DNA of 64,000 nt from Candidatus Binatia bacterium. Lineage in GTDB: Bacteria; Desulfobacterota; Binatia; Bin18. The position numbers and the translations under genes were made by a program. The notes under the pieces were generated by a model. It saw only the letters and a program-made list of their open reading frames with translations, was not told where the DNA came from and did not search any database. The DNA is taken from positions 4,320,001 to 4,384,000 of the forward strand of contig OY761159.2 in NCBI GenBank assembly GCA_963664395.2, in the 5' to 3' direction. Within the stretch, counting starts at the first letter, position 1. Every line of letters starts with the position of its first letter. This document shows, piece by piece, positions 40,763-50,162 of the stretch.

Positions 40763-41313
40763 TCACTGCATAGCGTCCCATTGAGCATCTATCGGCGAGG
40801 TAACATCGTGAATCTTAGCGGTCTGAGATAGCCTTTTGAGCTTGGTTTTCGCTTGGCAGTATACAATTTCGCAGCTTTGGCGAGGCTCGTCGTACTCCCA
40901 AATTTCTACATCCTTTGGGATCAGGTGTGGATACGTTCGTATATAGTAGTGCGTAAGGGTTTCCTTTGTTTTTGGTCTCTCATGGCGGAGAACAAAGAAT
41001 ATCTTTCGATATTTTCTTGGGCTGCAATAGAAGTAATACATCGCTTCGTTCCAGCCTGTCATCTTGGCGCTAGGAACGTTCCCACTGGAAGTCCATTTAT
41101 GAGACTTGCATTCGACGAGCACAGGCGGTTCTTTAGAACCAAGGTCAAAAAATGAGATTTCTTTCTTATTTTTCTGCAGATGCCAACTTCTACAGGAAAA
41201 TTCTTTACAACGTGAATGCCCCTTTCCGCTAATGCAGCCATAGCTAATTGTTCAAAATGTCTGCCAACATGGGGGTTGCTGATTGAACCGATTCTTTGAA
41301 AATTCTCAGCCAT
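40763..41313 (-). pseudogene. PD-(D/E)xK nuclease-like gene split by a 1-bp frameshift in a T6 run
   Basis: Joining frames gives ...KKSHFFDLGSKEPPVLVECKSH...; run at 41147-41152. Confidence 0.65.
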
Positions 41314-41317
41314 AATA

Positions 41318-42208
41318 TTAATCAGGCTCGTTCCGGGGCTCTTCGACCCGCTGCGCTTCCTGCTGTTCTTCCTTTAATTGCTTTTCTGACTTGACCTGAA
41401 TAGCCGCCGTCTCCGTTACCCGCCTGGCGACTATAATAAATCCCGTATGCGCGACCATACGATGTTCCGGGCGTATGGAGCGGTCCTTGACATGCCAAAA
41501 CCGGAGCATATTCTCCATGACCTCCACGCAGTCAAACCTGGGGTCCGCGTAGAGCGCATCCACCAGCGCTTTGACTTGCAGCACCGTAGGGAGATAGCCC
41601 ACGAGCACCCCTCCGGGCCGGACGACTTCTCGTGCGTGAGGCAAGACCTGCCACGGCTCGGGGAGATCGATCAGGATACGATCAACCTCCCGAACCGGTA
41701 AGCCCTGATACGCATCTGCTTGGGCTAATGTCCAGTTCGGCGTGGGGCCAATAAAACGCTTGACGTTGTTGCGTGCCATCTTGCAGTGGTCGGCCCGAAT
41801 ATCAACGGTGAGTAAATGTCCCTCTGGCCCTACGGCTCGCAGCAGGGCGATACTCAAAGCGCCTGGACCTGATCCAACCTCAAGCACCCGCGCGCCGGGG
41901 AATACATCCCCCCAGAGCAGGATAGGGCCCACATCCTTTGGATAGATGACCTGGGCTTGGCGCGGCAGGTTGGGAATCAATCGCGCATACGTTGGTCGCA
42001 AGATGCGGAATCTTTCGCTCTGACCAACCTGGACCAAGCTCCCTTCTGAAAGCCCAATGAATTGCTCAGCAGGAATATTCCCGCCGCGCAGCGCAATGAC
42101 ACTACCAGGGTGTAGTATCCGTATATATTCGCGCTCTTTATGGTCAATGAAGAGAACACTATCACCCGGCTGCAGGATCGTCCGCTCCGATGCAGACGGC
42201 GCCGTCAT
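41318..42208 (-). CDS. trmI: tRNA (adenine58-N1)-methyltransferase
   Basis: PRQAQVIYPKD, VLEVGSGPGAL, DLPEPW, RPEHRMVAHTGF. Confidence 0.92.
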   Translation of the reverse strand: MTAPSASERTILQPGDSVLFIDHKEREYIRILHPGSVIALRGGNIPAEQFIGLSEGSLVQVGQSERFRILRPTYARLIPNLPRQAQVIYPKDVGPILLWGDVFPGARVLEVGSGPGALSIALLRAVGPEGHLLTVDIRADHCKMARNNVKRFIGPTPNWTLAQADAYQGLPVREVDRILIDLPEPWQVLPHAREVVRPGGVLVGYLPTVLQVKALVDALYADPRFDCVEVMENMLRFWHVKDRSIRPEHRMVAHTGFIIVARRVTETAAIQVKSEKQLKEEQQEAQRVEEPRNEPD

Positions 42209-42465
42209 CCCTCCCTCACAGTATGGGATCGAAGGACCAATTCTGCTCGCTTGCGACAGGGGGTACACTTCATACGCCCCCCCAATAACTGAGCGAATTT
42301 CGATTTCGTTGTCCTCGTGTACGTGTTTTCTTTTGTTGAGAGGATGCTCCCACGAGCGGCCATAAGCGGCTCAGGCAGGAGGCTGAGTTTCTTGAGTAAG
42401 ACCCGCACAAGCATATTGCCAGGGAACGTAAACATCTGATTTTGCGGGAGAAGTTTGACCGCCAT
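42205..42465 (-). pseudogene. Decayed ThiS/TtuB-like sulfur carrier plus N-terminal stub of TtuA/TtcA-like thiolase
   Basis: MAVKLLPQ..., frameshifted ..DNEIEIRSVIGG; then MKCTPCRKRAELVLRSH stub ending at the trmI start. Confidence 0.55.
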
Positions 42466-42605
42466 GGCGGTGACGGTACCACGCGTGTCATAGACTGACA
42501 AGAACCCTTAACCCTTGACAGCCAGGCAAAGGATCACCTATCCTAACATGGTCGCGTCGGCGGAGCCGATGCCTTACTAATGTTATTGATAGCGGAGGAA
42601 ATGAC

Positions 42606-42791
42606 ATGGCAAGGAAAGGGAAAACTGCACAGAAAGGAAAAGAGGCTGCCCTCTCACAACGAGCGTGCCCAACGTGTGGAGCTCACAGCCGGGTTGTCCA
42701 GTTTGCCGGGTTCGGGAAAAAAGGGTTCTACTGGGTGTGTGAAAAGAATGTGGAACATGTGGTCACAACACGCTCACTTCGGAGTCTGTAA
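42606..42791 (+). CDS. Small basic zinc-ribbon protein
   Basis: CPTC...WVCEK..H; RBS GGAGG; stop abuts next ATG. Confidence 0.65.
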   Translation: MARKGKTAQKGKEAALSQRACPTCGAHSRVVQFAGFGKKGFYWVCEKNVEHVVTTRSLRSL

Positions 42792-43124
42792 ATGCCGCGG
42801 GCGAAACAAGCACATGAGAAGCATGCACCAGGGCTCTTTGAGGAAGAGGAGCGAGGGGAGGACCTGGATGAAGAGGAACTTCCAAAAGATGAGGCTGGAC
42901 GACGCAAGATCAAAAGGCGCTATGCGGATCTCCTTGGAATTCGGGTCTCCAAGCTGCGTGGACGCGTGCTGAATCGAGAGCGGATCAATAAGACCATCGA
43001 GGGAATCTATTTCATTTGTGCCCACTGTTCTCAGATATGTCACAGCTTGGATGACGGCATCGTTGAAGATCCTGATAATATCGAGAATCTGTGTACGGCG
43101 TGCTCAACGATCAAGGCGCGCTAA
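42792..43124 (+). CDS. Hypothetical protein with acidic N-terminus and C-terminal Zn finger
   Basis: CAHC...CTAC; coupled to the upstream ORF. Confidence 0.65.
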   Translation: MPRAKQAHEKHAPGLFEEEERGEDLDEEELPKDEAGRRKIKRRYADLLGIRVSKLRGRVLNRERINKTIEGIYFICAHCSQICHSLDDGIVEDPDNIENLCTACSTIKAR

Positions 43125-43382
43125 GCCAATCGTATGGGAGCAGGACCGCAGCGGAGATCGAGACCTGCCGTCGGCACGGTCGGCTCCTGACCGCCTCGCT
43201 CACGCACATGCTGCTCTACGTATCGGCGCAGACACATGTCCGTCATTGCCTCGCCGTTTGTCCCTTGCGCATCCCGGTGCAATAGACTAGCAAGAGGACA
43301 GCGACGACACGCGGCACACCGCCGGTGCCTTGCCTCTCGTGCACTCGCGCATGAGATTCTCCCCAAGACTCCAGGAGGTCGT

Positions 43383-44195
43383 ATGCGACAGCATCAGGCT
43401 CACCCATCCTTCCCGTTCCGGCCCCACTCATCTCGGTGTGGTCTTCTGGTTGCCCTGTCCGTTTTTGTTCCCCTTTTGCTTCTGCCTGGCCTCGCTCCGG
43501 CAGCGCCGGCCGTCCCCGTCCAGGTCCACCACGTTGGATTTGATCGCCAGGCACAGGCTCCTGTGGTGATTCTTGCGGACGCCGAGACAGCGCGTTTTCT
43601 GCCGATCTGGGTCGGCCCGTTTGAAGCCCGCGCCATTGCTCTGGCACTGGCAGGGACACCGGCTCCCCGTCCTCTGACGCATGACCTGATGAAGAATGTC
43701 CTTGACCATGTCGGTGTGCAGTTTCAAAAGGTTATTGTGAGCGCACTCAAGAACAATACGTATTTTGCACGGATTCATTTGCTCTTCACTGACCGACCGG
43801 TCGAGATCGACAGTCGCCCGAGTGATGCCATTGCGCTTGCCCTCAGGTTCGATCGGCCTATTTTTGTCGCCCAGGACGTCTTTGCCGAAAGTGGCCAGCG
43901 TTTGCCCGCACCACTCCAGCCCATCAGCGCAACGGTTATGGGGATTGAGGTGCAGAATCTGACTGTGGACCTTGCGGAGTATTTTCGGCTGCCGACTGCA
44001 GATGGCGTGCTGGTGACAAATTCCACTCAGAGTCGAGGAACACTGCAACGCGGCGATGTCATTCTTGCCCTGGAGGGCGAACTCATCCGCAATATCTCAG
44101 ACTTTCGGAAGAAAACTGGGCAAGAGAATCAGTCGGTGCGTCTCCTCGTCCGACGTTCCGGACAAGATATCGGCGTCATCCTTCCCCGCCGTTAG
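43383..44195 (+). CDS. Bifunctional nuclease (DUF151) domain fused to PDZ
   Basis: LPIWVG.FEA.AI, PRPLTHDL, IDSRPSDAIALA; C-terminal GIEVQNLT...GVLV...LQRGDVIL. Confidence 0.85.
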   Translation: MRQHQAHPSFPFRPHSSRCGLLVALSVFVPLLLLPGLAPAAPAVPVQVHHVGFDRQAQAPVVILADAETARFLPIWVGPFEARAIALALAGTPAPRPLTHDLMKNVLDHVGVQFQKVIVSALKNNTYFARIHLLFTDRPVEIDSRPSDAIALALRFDRPIFVAQDVFAESGQRLPAPLQPISATVMGIEVQNLTVDLAEYFRLPTADGVLVTNSTQSRGTLQRGDVILALEGELIRNISDFRKKTGQENQSVRLLVRRSGQDIGVILPRR

Positions 44196-44271
44196 AGCCG
44201 GATGCCCCGCAGCAGCCGGTCCGGTCGCGTGTCCGCATGTTGTCCGACCGCATCGGTGAACAACTCCCCTC

Positions 44272-44340
44272 CACGGCACGGTCACGGCGTTTGCCTTTGA
44301 CCAGCGTTTTGCCGAACAAGGCTTCCGGCTCGTGTCGTAG
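44272..44340 (+). pseudogene. C-terminal scar of a PIN/VapC gene
   Basis: HGTVTAFAFDQRFAEQGFRLVS*. Confidence 0.5.
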
Positions 44341-44474
44341 CCCCTGCGGCCCACACCCGACATACACGAGAACCGAATCGTTACCCAAAAGATATAGTGC
44401 TGCCGTAGTCTTGACCTGGGCGGCCAAGCATTGGTATTACTTACCGCTCAGCGCAATAATACCCCGGAGATGCA

Positions 44475-44714
44475 ATGAATACTATCTCGCTGAAGGTGCC
44501 CGAACCGCTTGCCATCAGGCTCAAGGATACAGCGCGGCAAAAAGGAGTGAGCAAGTCTGTGCTGATTCGCGATGCTCTGGAGGCGTACCTGCAAACGGAC
44601 AAGGCCGAACGACCCGAGTCTGCTCTGTCGCAGGTGGCCGACCTCGCAGGCATGCTGTCCGGCCCCGAAGACCTGTCCGTGAACAAGGACTACCTGCGGG
44701 ATTTCGGTCGGTGA
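44475..44714 (+). CDS. vapB: Ribbon-helix-helix (CopG) antitoxin
   Basis: TISLKVP..L...L...A...GVSKS.LIRDALE; overlaps the toxin start. Confidence 0.85.
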   Translation: MNTISLKVPEPLAIRLKDTARQKGVSKSVLIRDALEAYLQTDKAERPESALSQVADLAGMLSGPEDLSVNKDYLRDFGR

Positions 44715-45130
44715 AAAACCACGTTATTCTCGATACCGGTCCACTAGTCGCCCTGCTGAATCGAGGCGACCGGCATCATCGCTGGGCAATGGACCAATGG
44801 GCGCAGATCGTACCGCCGCTGCTTACCTGCGAAGCGGTCCTGGCTGAAGCCTGCTTTCTGGTCCGCCGATTTCCCGGAGGACAGGCGGCCGTGCTTGATC
44901 TGGTCCAGCGCGGTGTCCTGGATGTATCGTTTCGCTTAATCGAAGAAACCGAAACCATCCTTCGGCTGCTGAGGAAATACCGGGATGTTCCCATGTCCCT
45001 CGCGGACGGTTGCCTTGTGCGGATGGCTGAACGGCGTGCGGCAGGGGTTGTCTTAACTCTGGACAGCGATTTTTCGATCTACCGAAAGAACGGGCGTCAG
45101 GTGATTCCGACCTTGGCGCCAGCTTCATGA
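44711..45130 (+). CDS. vapC: PIN domain toxin
   Basis: VILDTGPLVA, EAVLAEA, MSLADGCLV, TLDSDF.IYR; GTG start. Confidence 0.9.
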   Translation: MKNHVILDTGPLVALLNRGDRHHRWAMDQWAQIVPPLLTCEAVLAEACFLVRRFPGGQAAVLDLVQRGVLDVSFRLIEETETILRLLRKYRDVPMSLADGCLVRMAERRAAGVVLTLDSDFSIYRKNGRQVIPTLAPAS

Positions 45131-45227
45131 ACACATCCTCGACGGAGACATGGATACGCTTGCAGGCTGCCCACACGGACAGGGAGTGGGCCGCGGGCGC
45201 AAGTCTCAGGCCCGCGAGCGCGGCGAC

Positions 45228-45446
45228 ATGAGCACGGTCGGCCAACGGGAAATCCGCACACAGCAGCGCGTGATAGCGTTCTTCCGGGCTGCGCTTGGCT
45301 ACGCCTACCTCGGAGATTGGCGGGACCGCGCCGACAACGGCACGATCGAGAAGGGATTGCTGACCGACAGGCTCATGCCTCAGTGGCGCGTGTATAGGGA
45401 CGAACTCAACCGTGCGCCGCTCGCTCATGAAGACTGGCATTACTGA
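45228..45446 (+). pseudogene. Deletion scar fusing a type I HsdR N-terminus to a YgjP/M48-like hydrolase C-terminus
   Basis: MSTVGQREIRTQQRVIAFF...LGYAYLGDW joined to LMPQWRVYRDELNRAPLAHEDWHY*. Confidence 0.6.
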
Positions 45447-45595
45447 ATGGACCTACGATCCTGGAGGGAGTATGTGAGGCCCTGTCATGCCGTATCTTCC
45501 GAGACGCCACAACAGGAAAAAGGATGGAACAGAGGGGGAAGGGGGCAGTGTGATCATGGGTAAATAGGTATATAAGTCTCCAATAAAAAGGAGGA

Positions 45596-46009
45596 GTGGC
45601 TATGAATTTTTTAGAGGATAAAGATGCTATTCGCGATTTAATGACGCGGTACTGCCTATCGATTGACGCTGGACGCTATGAGGACTGGGTTCAATGTTTT
45701 ACCGAGGATGGTACTTTTAACAGTCCGATTCTCGGTAAATGGCAAGGGCCGGAAAAGCTGCTGGCGTTTACCGCACGCTATAAAGAATGGACTGGAGACG
45801 CGCAGCCGCGTCACTGCGTCATGAATATTCTGATTGATCTCGCCGGCGATACTGCTACCGCAGAGAGCTATCTGCTGATGACGCACGCGGCGCAGGGAAA
45901 AACGGAACTCGTGGTTTCCGGACGCTATGAAGACCTGATTGAAAAAGTGGCGGGTCAGTGGCGTTTTAAGGAACGAAAGGTTTGCCCTGATACCTCGCCG
46001 GCAGGCTGA
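45596..46009 (+). CDS. SnoaL-like/NTF2 domain protein
   Basis: LEDKDAIRDL..RY...D, FTEDG, GRYED.......WRF..R. Confidence 0.88.
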   Translation: MAMNFLEDKDAIRDLMTRYCLSIDAGRYEDWVQCFTEDGTFNSPILGKWQGPEKLLAFTARYKEWTGDAQPRHCVMNILIDLAGDTATAESYLLMTHAAQGKTELVVSGRYEDLIEKVAGQWRFKERKVCPDTSPAG

Positions 46010-46092
46010 AGAGGGTCGGTGCCCAAGCCTCTGTGACGCCTTTTCCCTCCCCCCTTTCAAAGTCGAAGAAAGCCGGATAAGACCGGCCCCAT

Positions 46093-46180
46093 GGAGGGAT
46101 GGCCGAGCGGTTGAAGGCGCCGGTCTTGAAAACCGGTAGAGTCCAAAAGGCTCTCGTGGGTTCGAATCCCACTCCCTCCG
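46093..46180 (+). tRNA. tRNA-Ser (anticodon TGA)
   Basis: GGAGGGA/TCCCTCC acceptor stem, CCGGT-CTTGAAA-ACCGG anticodon arm, long variable arm, GGTTCGAATCC; CCA not encoded. Confidence 0.96.
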
Positions 46181-46611
46181 CTCTTTCCTGCTCCTCTCTC
46201 ATTCCCATCCGTTCCCCGATTATCATCGTAAACCCCGAATATACCAGGTTTTTCTCTCGCCGTCGGATCGTCGGCTGAGCGGTCCTATACGAGAAGTGAT
46301 CTTTTCGCTAAGCGAGAAGTTGAAGGAGTGAGGGAGATCGTGATAAAATTCCATAATCAGCCCCTGGTCAACCCCCAGCGTAGGAACTGACCGTTCTGCA
46401 AACCCCGTAGGCGACACGCCTCCCAGCTAGCCTCCCCGAGAGGCCCATTCCGGGGACAAGAATGCCCGACAATCAACCGCTGGCCTATCATGAAATTCAA
46501 AAACATTTTCAGACTGTCCGGGAGAACGTCCACAGACTTCAGAGTGAAGCCGGAGCCCGTCGGCCTCGTGGCCGCGGGCGACGGGGGAGCGGCCAGCCGC
46601 CGCATAGTCGT

Positions 46612-48105
46612 ATGGCGGAGCAGCACAGAGTCCCTCCCCACGACCTCGCGGCCGAACGGGCCGTCCTGGGCGGGATATTGATCGACAATACCGCGCTTGA
46701 TCGGGTGAACCTGGCGCCAGAGGACTTTTTCTATAGCGGGCACAAGCTGATTTTCCGGGCCATGCAGCACATAGCCGCGTTGGGTACCTCCATTGACCGC
46801 CTCACCCTGTACGACGTATTCAAAAAAGAGCCAGGGCACCCGCAGGCTGAGTACCTGGCTACGCTGGCGGATGCTACCCCCAGCGCAGCCAACATTGTGG
46901 AACCTGCCAAGATCGTCAGGGAGCATGCCGACCGACGGCGTCTGATCGACCTGATGGAGGACGTCTTGCAACGGGCGCATACCGGGGAGGCGGTCGCTCC
47001 GTTGTGTGAGAGTTTGCTCCAAGGTGTGGTCAACTTGGCCGACCAGCGCCCGGACGGATTCAAGAGCACGCCCTGGGCGGAACTCAAGTACACCTCCCAG
47101 GAGCAAGTGGGGTGGGTGGTAGACGGGCTGCTACGGCGGGGCGGGCTCTCCTTTCTCTTTGCCGCTCCCAAAGTGGGGAAATCCTCGACCGCCCGGACGC
47201 TGACGCGGGCAGTGGCGCTCGGGTTGCCGTGGCTCGGTCGAGACGTACAGCAGGGTGGAGTCGTCTATTTGGCACTGGAAGAAATGCCGGTGGACGTGCA
47301 AGATCATTTTCATCAGATGGACCTGCCAGAAACGGCCCCTGTGGAAATCGTGTTCGAGCGGGAACCAAGGGAGACGTTCAAGAAGCTAGAGCAGCTTATC
47401 GACAAGTTACAACCCAGCCTGGTCATTGTGGACACGTTGATTCAACTCGTCCAAATCGGGGACATCAACGACTACGCGCGCACCGTCCGGGCGCTGCAAC
47501 CGCTCCTCGCACTGACCCGACGGAGCAACGCGCATGTCCTCTGTCTGCACCATGCCCGAAAGAGCGGTGGTTCACACGGGGCGGAGGGACTGGGGAGTCA
47601 GGCGCTGAGTGGGACCGTTGACGTGATTCTCTCTCTCAAGCGGGAGGATCACTATCGGATCATTTCCTCCACCCAGCGACGGGGCCGCCCACTGGAAGAC
47701 TCCGTGCTGCGCCTGAACGAGGACACCGGCCTGGTCGAGTTGACGGGCACGAAAAAGGCCATGGACACCGAGCTCAAGGGGGAAGAGATCATTGCCTTCC
47801 TGGAGGAGCAAGAAGAGCCGGTGAGAACGGAGACTATTCAGGCGGAGTTAAAGGGCAGAAGGCAAACGCTGAACGACACGCTCCGGGCGCTAGTCGAGCA
47901 GGGTAAAATAGGGTGCGTCGGGAGCGGAAAAAGAGGCGATCCGTACCTCTATTTTGCTGTTCCCGAGGGGCCCAAAGAAGCGGCAGTTTCGGCAGCATGC
48001 CAGGAACAGCAACTGTCCAGCGATTCCAAAGGGTTAGACCTTGAAAAAGAAGCTGTTCCGCTGTTCCCGACCTATAATGGGGAACAGAAAGAACAGAAAA
48101 TATGA
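46612..48105 (+). CDS. Replication protein: DnaB N-terminal domain plus RepA/AAA_25 helicase domain
   Basis: PPHDLAAERAVLG..L.D...EDFF...H..IF.AM; Walker A AAPKVGKS; VIVDTL; LHHARK; ORF is open from 46462. Confidence 0.85.
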   Translation: MAEQHRVPPHDLAAERAVLGGILIDNTALDRVNLAPEDFFYSGHKLIFRAMQHIAALGTSIDRLTLYDVFKKEPGHPQAEYLATLADATPSAANIVEPAKIVREHADRRRLIDLMEDVLQRAHTGEAVAPLCESLLQGVVNLADQRPDGFKSTPWAELKYTSQEQVGWVVDGLLRRGGLSFLFAAPKVGKSSTARTLTRAVALGLPWLGRDVQQGGVVYLALEEMPVDVQDHFHQMDLPETAPVEIVFEREPRETFKKLEQLIDKLQPSLVIVDTLIQLVQIGDINDYARTVRALQPLLALTRRSNAHVLCLHHARKSGGSHGAEGLGSQALSGTVDVILSLKREDHYRIISSTQRRGRPLEDSVLRLNEDTGLVELTGTKKAMDTELKGEEIIAFLEEQEEPVRTETIQAELKGRRQTLNDTLRALVEQGKIGCVGSGKRGDPYLYFAVPEGPKEAAVSAACQEQQLSSDSKGLDLEKEAVPLFPTYNGEQKEQKI

Positions 48106-48233
48106 CCATCTCAGACCATGTGGCCGGGCCGGTCAGCCCGGCCCGCAATGAGGCAACCGAACAGCTCGCTTTGGGGTAGTGACACTAACAGCTCACGGGC
48201 ATAACGGAAGCGGGAGCAGTGGGACGAACAGTC

Positions 48234-48290
48234 AGCGTTGCCGCGATTGTAGTAGACCCTGGCATCGGTCGGGTGCAGCTCGATGGCCCG
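48234..48290 (-). pseudogene. TPR gene scar
   Basis: Translates AIELHPTDARVYYNRGNA. Confidence 0.45.
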
Positions 48291-49490
48291 GCCGGTCGCC
48301 CAATTGTGATCCGTCTCTCATGTCCACGGTCAGAATCCTCGCCGGCCGCTAGAGTGGCGCGCGGCCAAGCAGGATAGCAGACCCACGCAAAAACAGGTCG
48401 GAAGGGAGAGAAATATGTTCTCCCAGAGTCGATTTTTTGGCCGTTTTTTACCGGAATTTGTGCGATTAGAGAGCATAAAGTTAAATAGAAACGGGGATTT
48501 CCATGTGGAGGGGCCTTTTTGGGGGAAATGAGGCCGTTTTTTGGGCGCGCCTAGCGGGCTCGCGCAGCTCACGCTTGACCGTGGTCGCGGTCAGGTCGAG
48601 GGGGTAGGCAAGTCTATTATTGCCCTTGCATCCCCCTTGAAGGGGGACGGGAACCGGTTGGAAACTGTTATTTGAGATGAGGAGAGACAGAAATACATCG
48701 AAAAACACGTCAGAACAGAGACGCGCAGAGCCCCAGCCAGACCGGGAACGCCGTACCATACGTCAGACCGAGATCGTGGCGTACAGAGCAAATACGGACG
48801 CCGGATTCAGAGCCCCAGCCAGGCACACGCCAAATCGCACCAGAGACACGCACCGCCGCCAGACCTCGCACCGCCGCCAGACCCTCGCACCCTTGGCGAT
48901 CCTTGGCGCTTCTTGCCGACCATTCGCCCTCATTCGCCGTGTATTCGCTTCACCGCCAGTCAGGCAGACCGAGACAACGCCGGCAGCCACACACAACCAC
49001 ACGTCAGCCACCCCAGCACATGCCGCGCGGGCGCGCGTCGGACTGCCCAGGCCCGCAGACCGACCACACGCCCGCGCAGCCCCCGGCTTCGTGTTGAAGC
49101 AACACCAAGCCAACCCCACCAGGCACACGCCACGCCAGCAGGACACGCACCGACGAGCTGGAAACCAGAGCCGCACCTACACCAGCATCGAGTCTGGCAC
49201 CCGACCAGGATGGCAACACACACGCACACACGATCCAGGCCGAGACCACCGGGCAACTCGGAGCGACCATCAGAAGGCACCCCACCAGCGCGTGCGCCTT
49301 GGCCCTTGTTGCTGGGCGAAGCGCCCGCTGTTTTTGTCCCGCCCACCCTGGGCGCGCGCGCTCCACCCCACCGAGGGACACTCGGACTCAACCAGCTCGA
49401 CACACACGCCCGGCCTCGCTTGCGCCGTGGACGAACCACCGCGCCCGTCAGAGGGACACGGCTGGTCGGGCTGTTTGCCGCTTTCCGCCC

Positions 49491-49537
49491 GGCTGTCGTC
49501 CCGGCGCTGGGGCAGGAGAAGCGCCGGGACGACAGCC
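49491..49537. repeat. Perfect 18-bp inverted repeat
   Basis: GGCTGTCGTCCCGGCGCT-N11-AGCGCCGGGACGACAGCC, extended imperfectly by GCTTTCCGC/GCGGAAAAGC. Confidence 0.85.
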
Positions 49538-50162
49538 TAAGCGGAAAAGCCGCAGTGGCCCGACGCTCTTCACCTTGAGACCCGACACGACAGCGCCGGC
49601 GGAGATCCTCACGCCCAACCAGGCCGTAGCGACACATCAGAATAGGGATGGGAGAACCAAGACAAAACAAGAGTTATCGTCCGCAAGCGGCTTCGGAGGA
49701 ACCCGATAACTGTTATTTTGTCTCAGTTCTCCAAGGCACACTCTCGACCTTGCCAACCCCACCCCAGCCCAGCCAACCACAACCGGCCCCGTCCCCATCC
49801 TCTCTCCCTCTTGTCTGGCCCCTCAGCCGTTCGGTCTCCGTCCGACCGTCCTGCTCGTTCCCCGTCTTCCGCACGTCCCGCCTCTCCGACCCTCGCGGGA
49901 GCATCAAGCGCGGTGCCTCTCCCATCCTTCACCCCATCTTGCGCCTTCCCCGCCCGCCCTATTCGGGCGGGCCGCCTACGGCGTCGGGCGCGCTCGGACC
50001 CACCCCAGGAACCAGGACCGGAGGAGGAGGGACGGGACGGGGTCGTCTGCGAATGATAGGAGAGGTGAGGAGATAGAGAAGAACGTTCATCCGTTAGGAG
50101 GGTATTTGAAGAGTTGGAGTGAGGTGTGTGAAAAGGATACATGCATGGGATTGGAGAGAACG

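Noticed and set aside
44237-44710. N-terminal extension of the 297-aa PIN ORF
   Set aside because: It overlaps the antitoxin in another frame; the real start is GTG at 44711
48610-48650. MOBQ-type oriT (ATTATTGCCCTTG)
   Set aside because: Only a partial match to the nic consensus, and no relaxase is present
48677-49710. Long overlapping ORFs on both strands as real genes, or a CRISPR array
   Set aside because: Low-complexity Arg/Pro/His or Gly/Val/Cys translations arise from strand skew; no regularly spaced repeats and no cas genes
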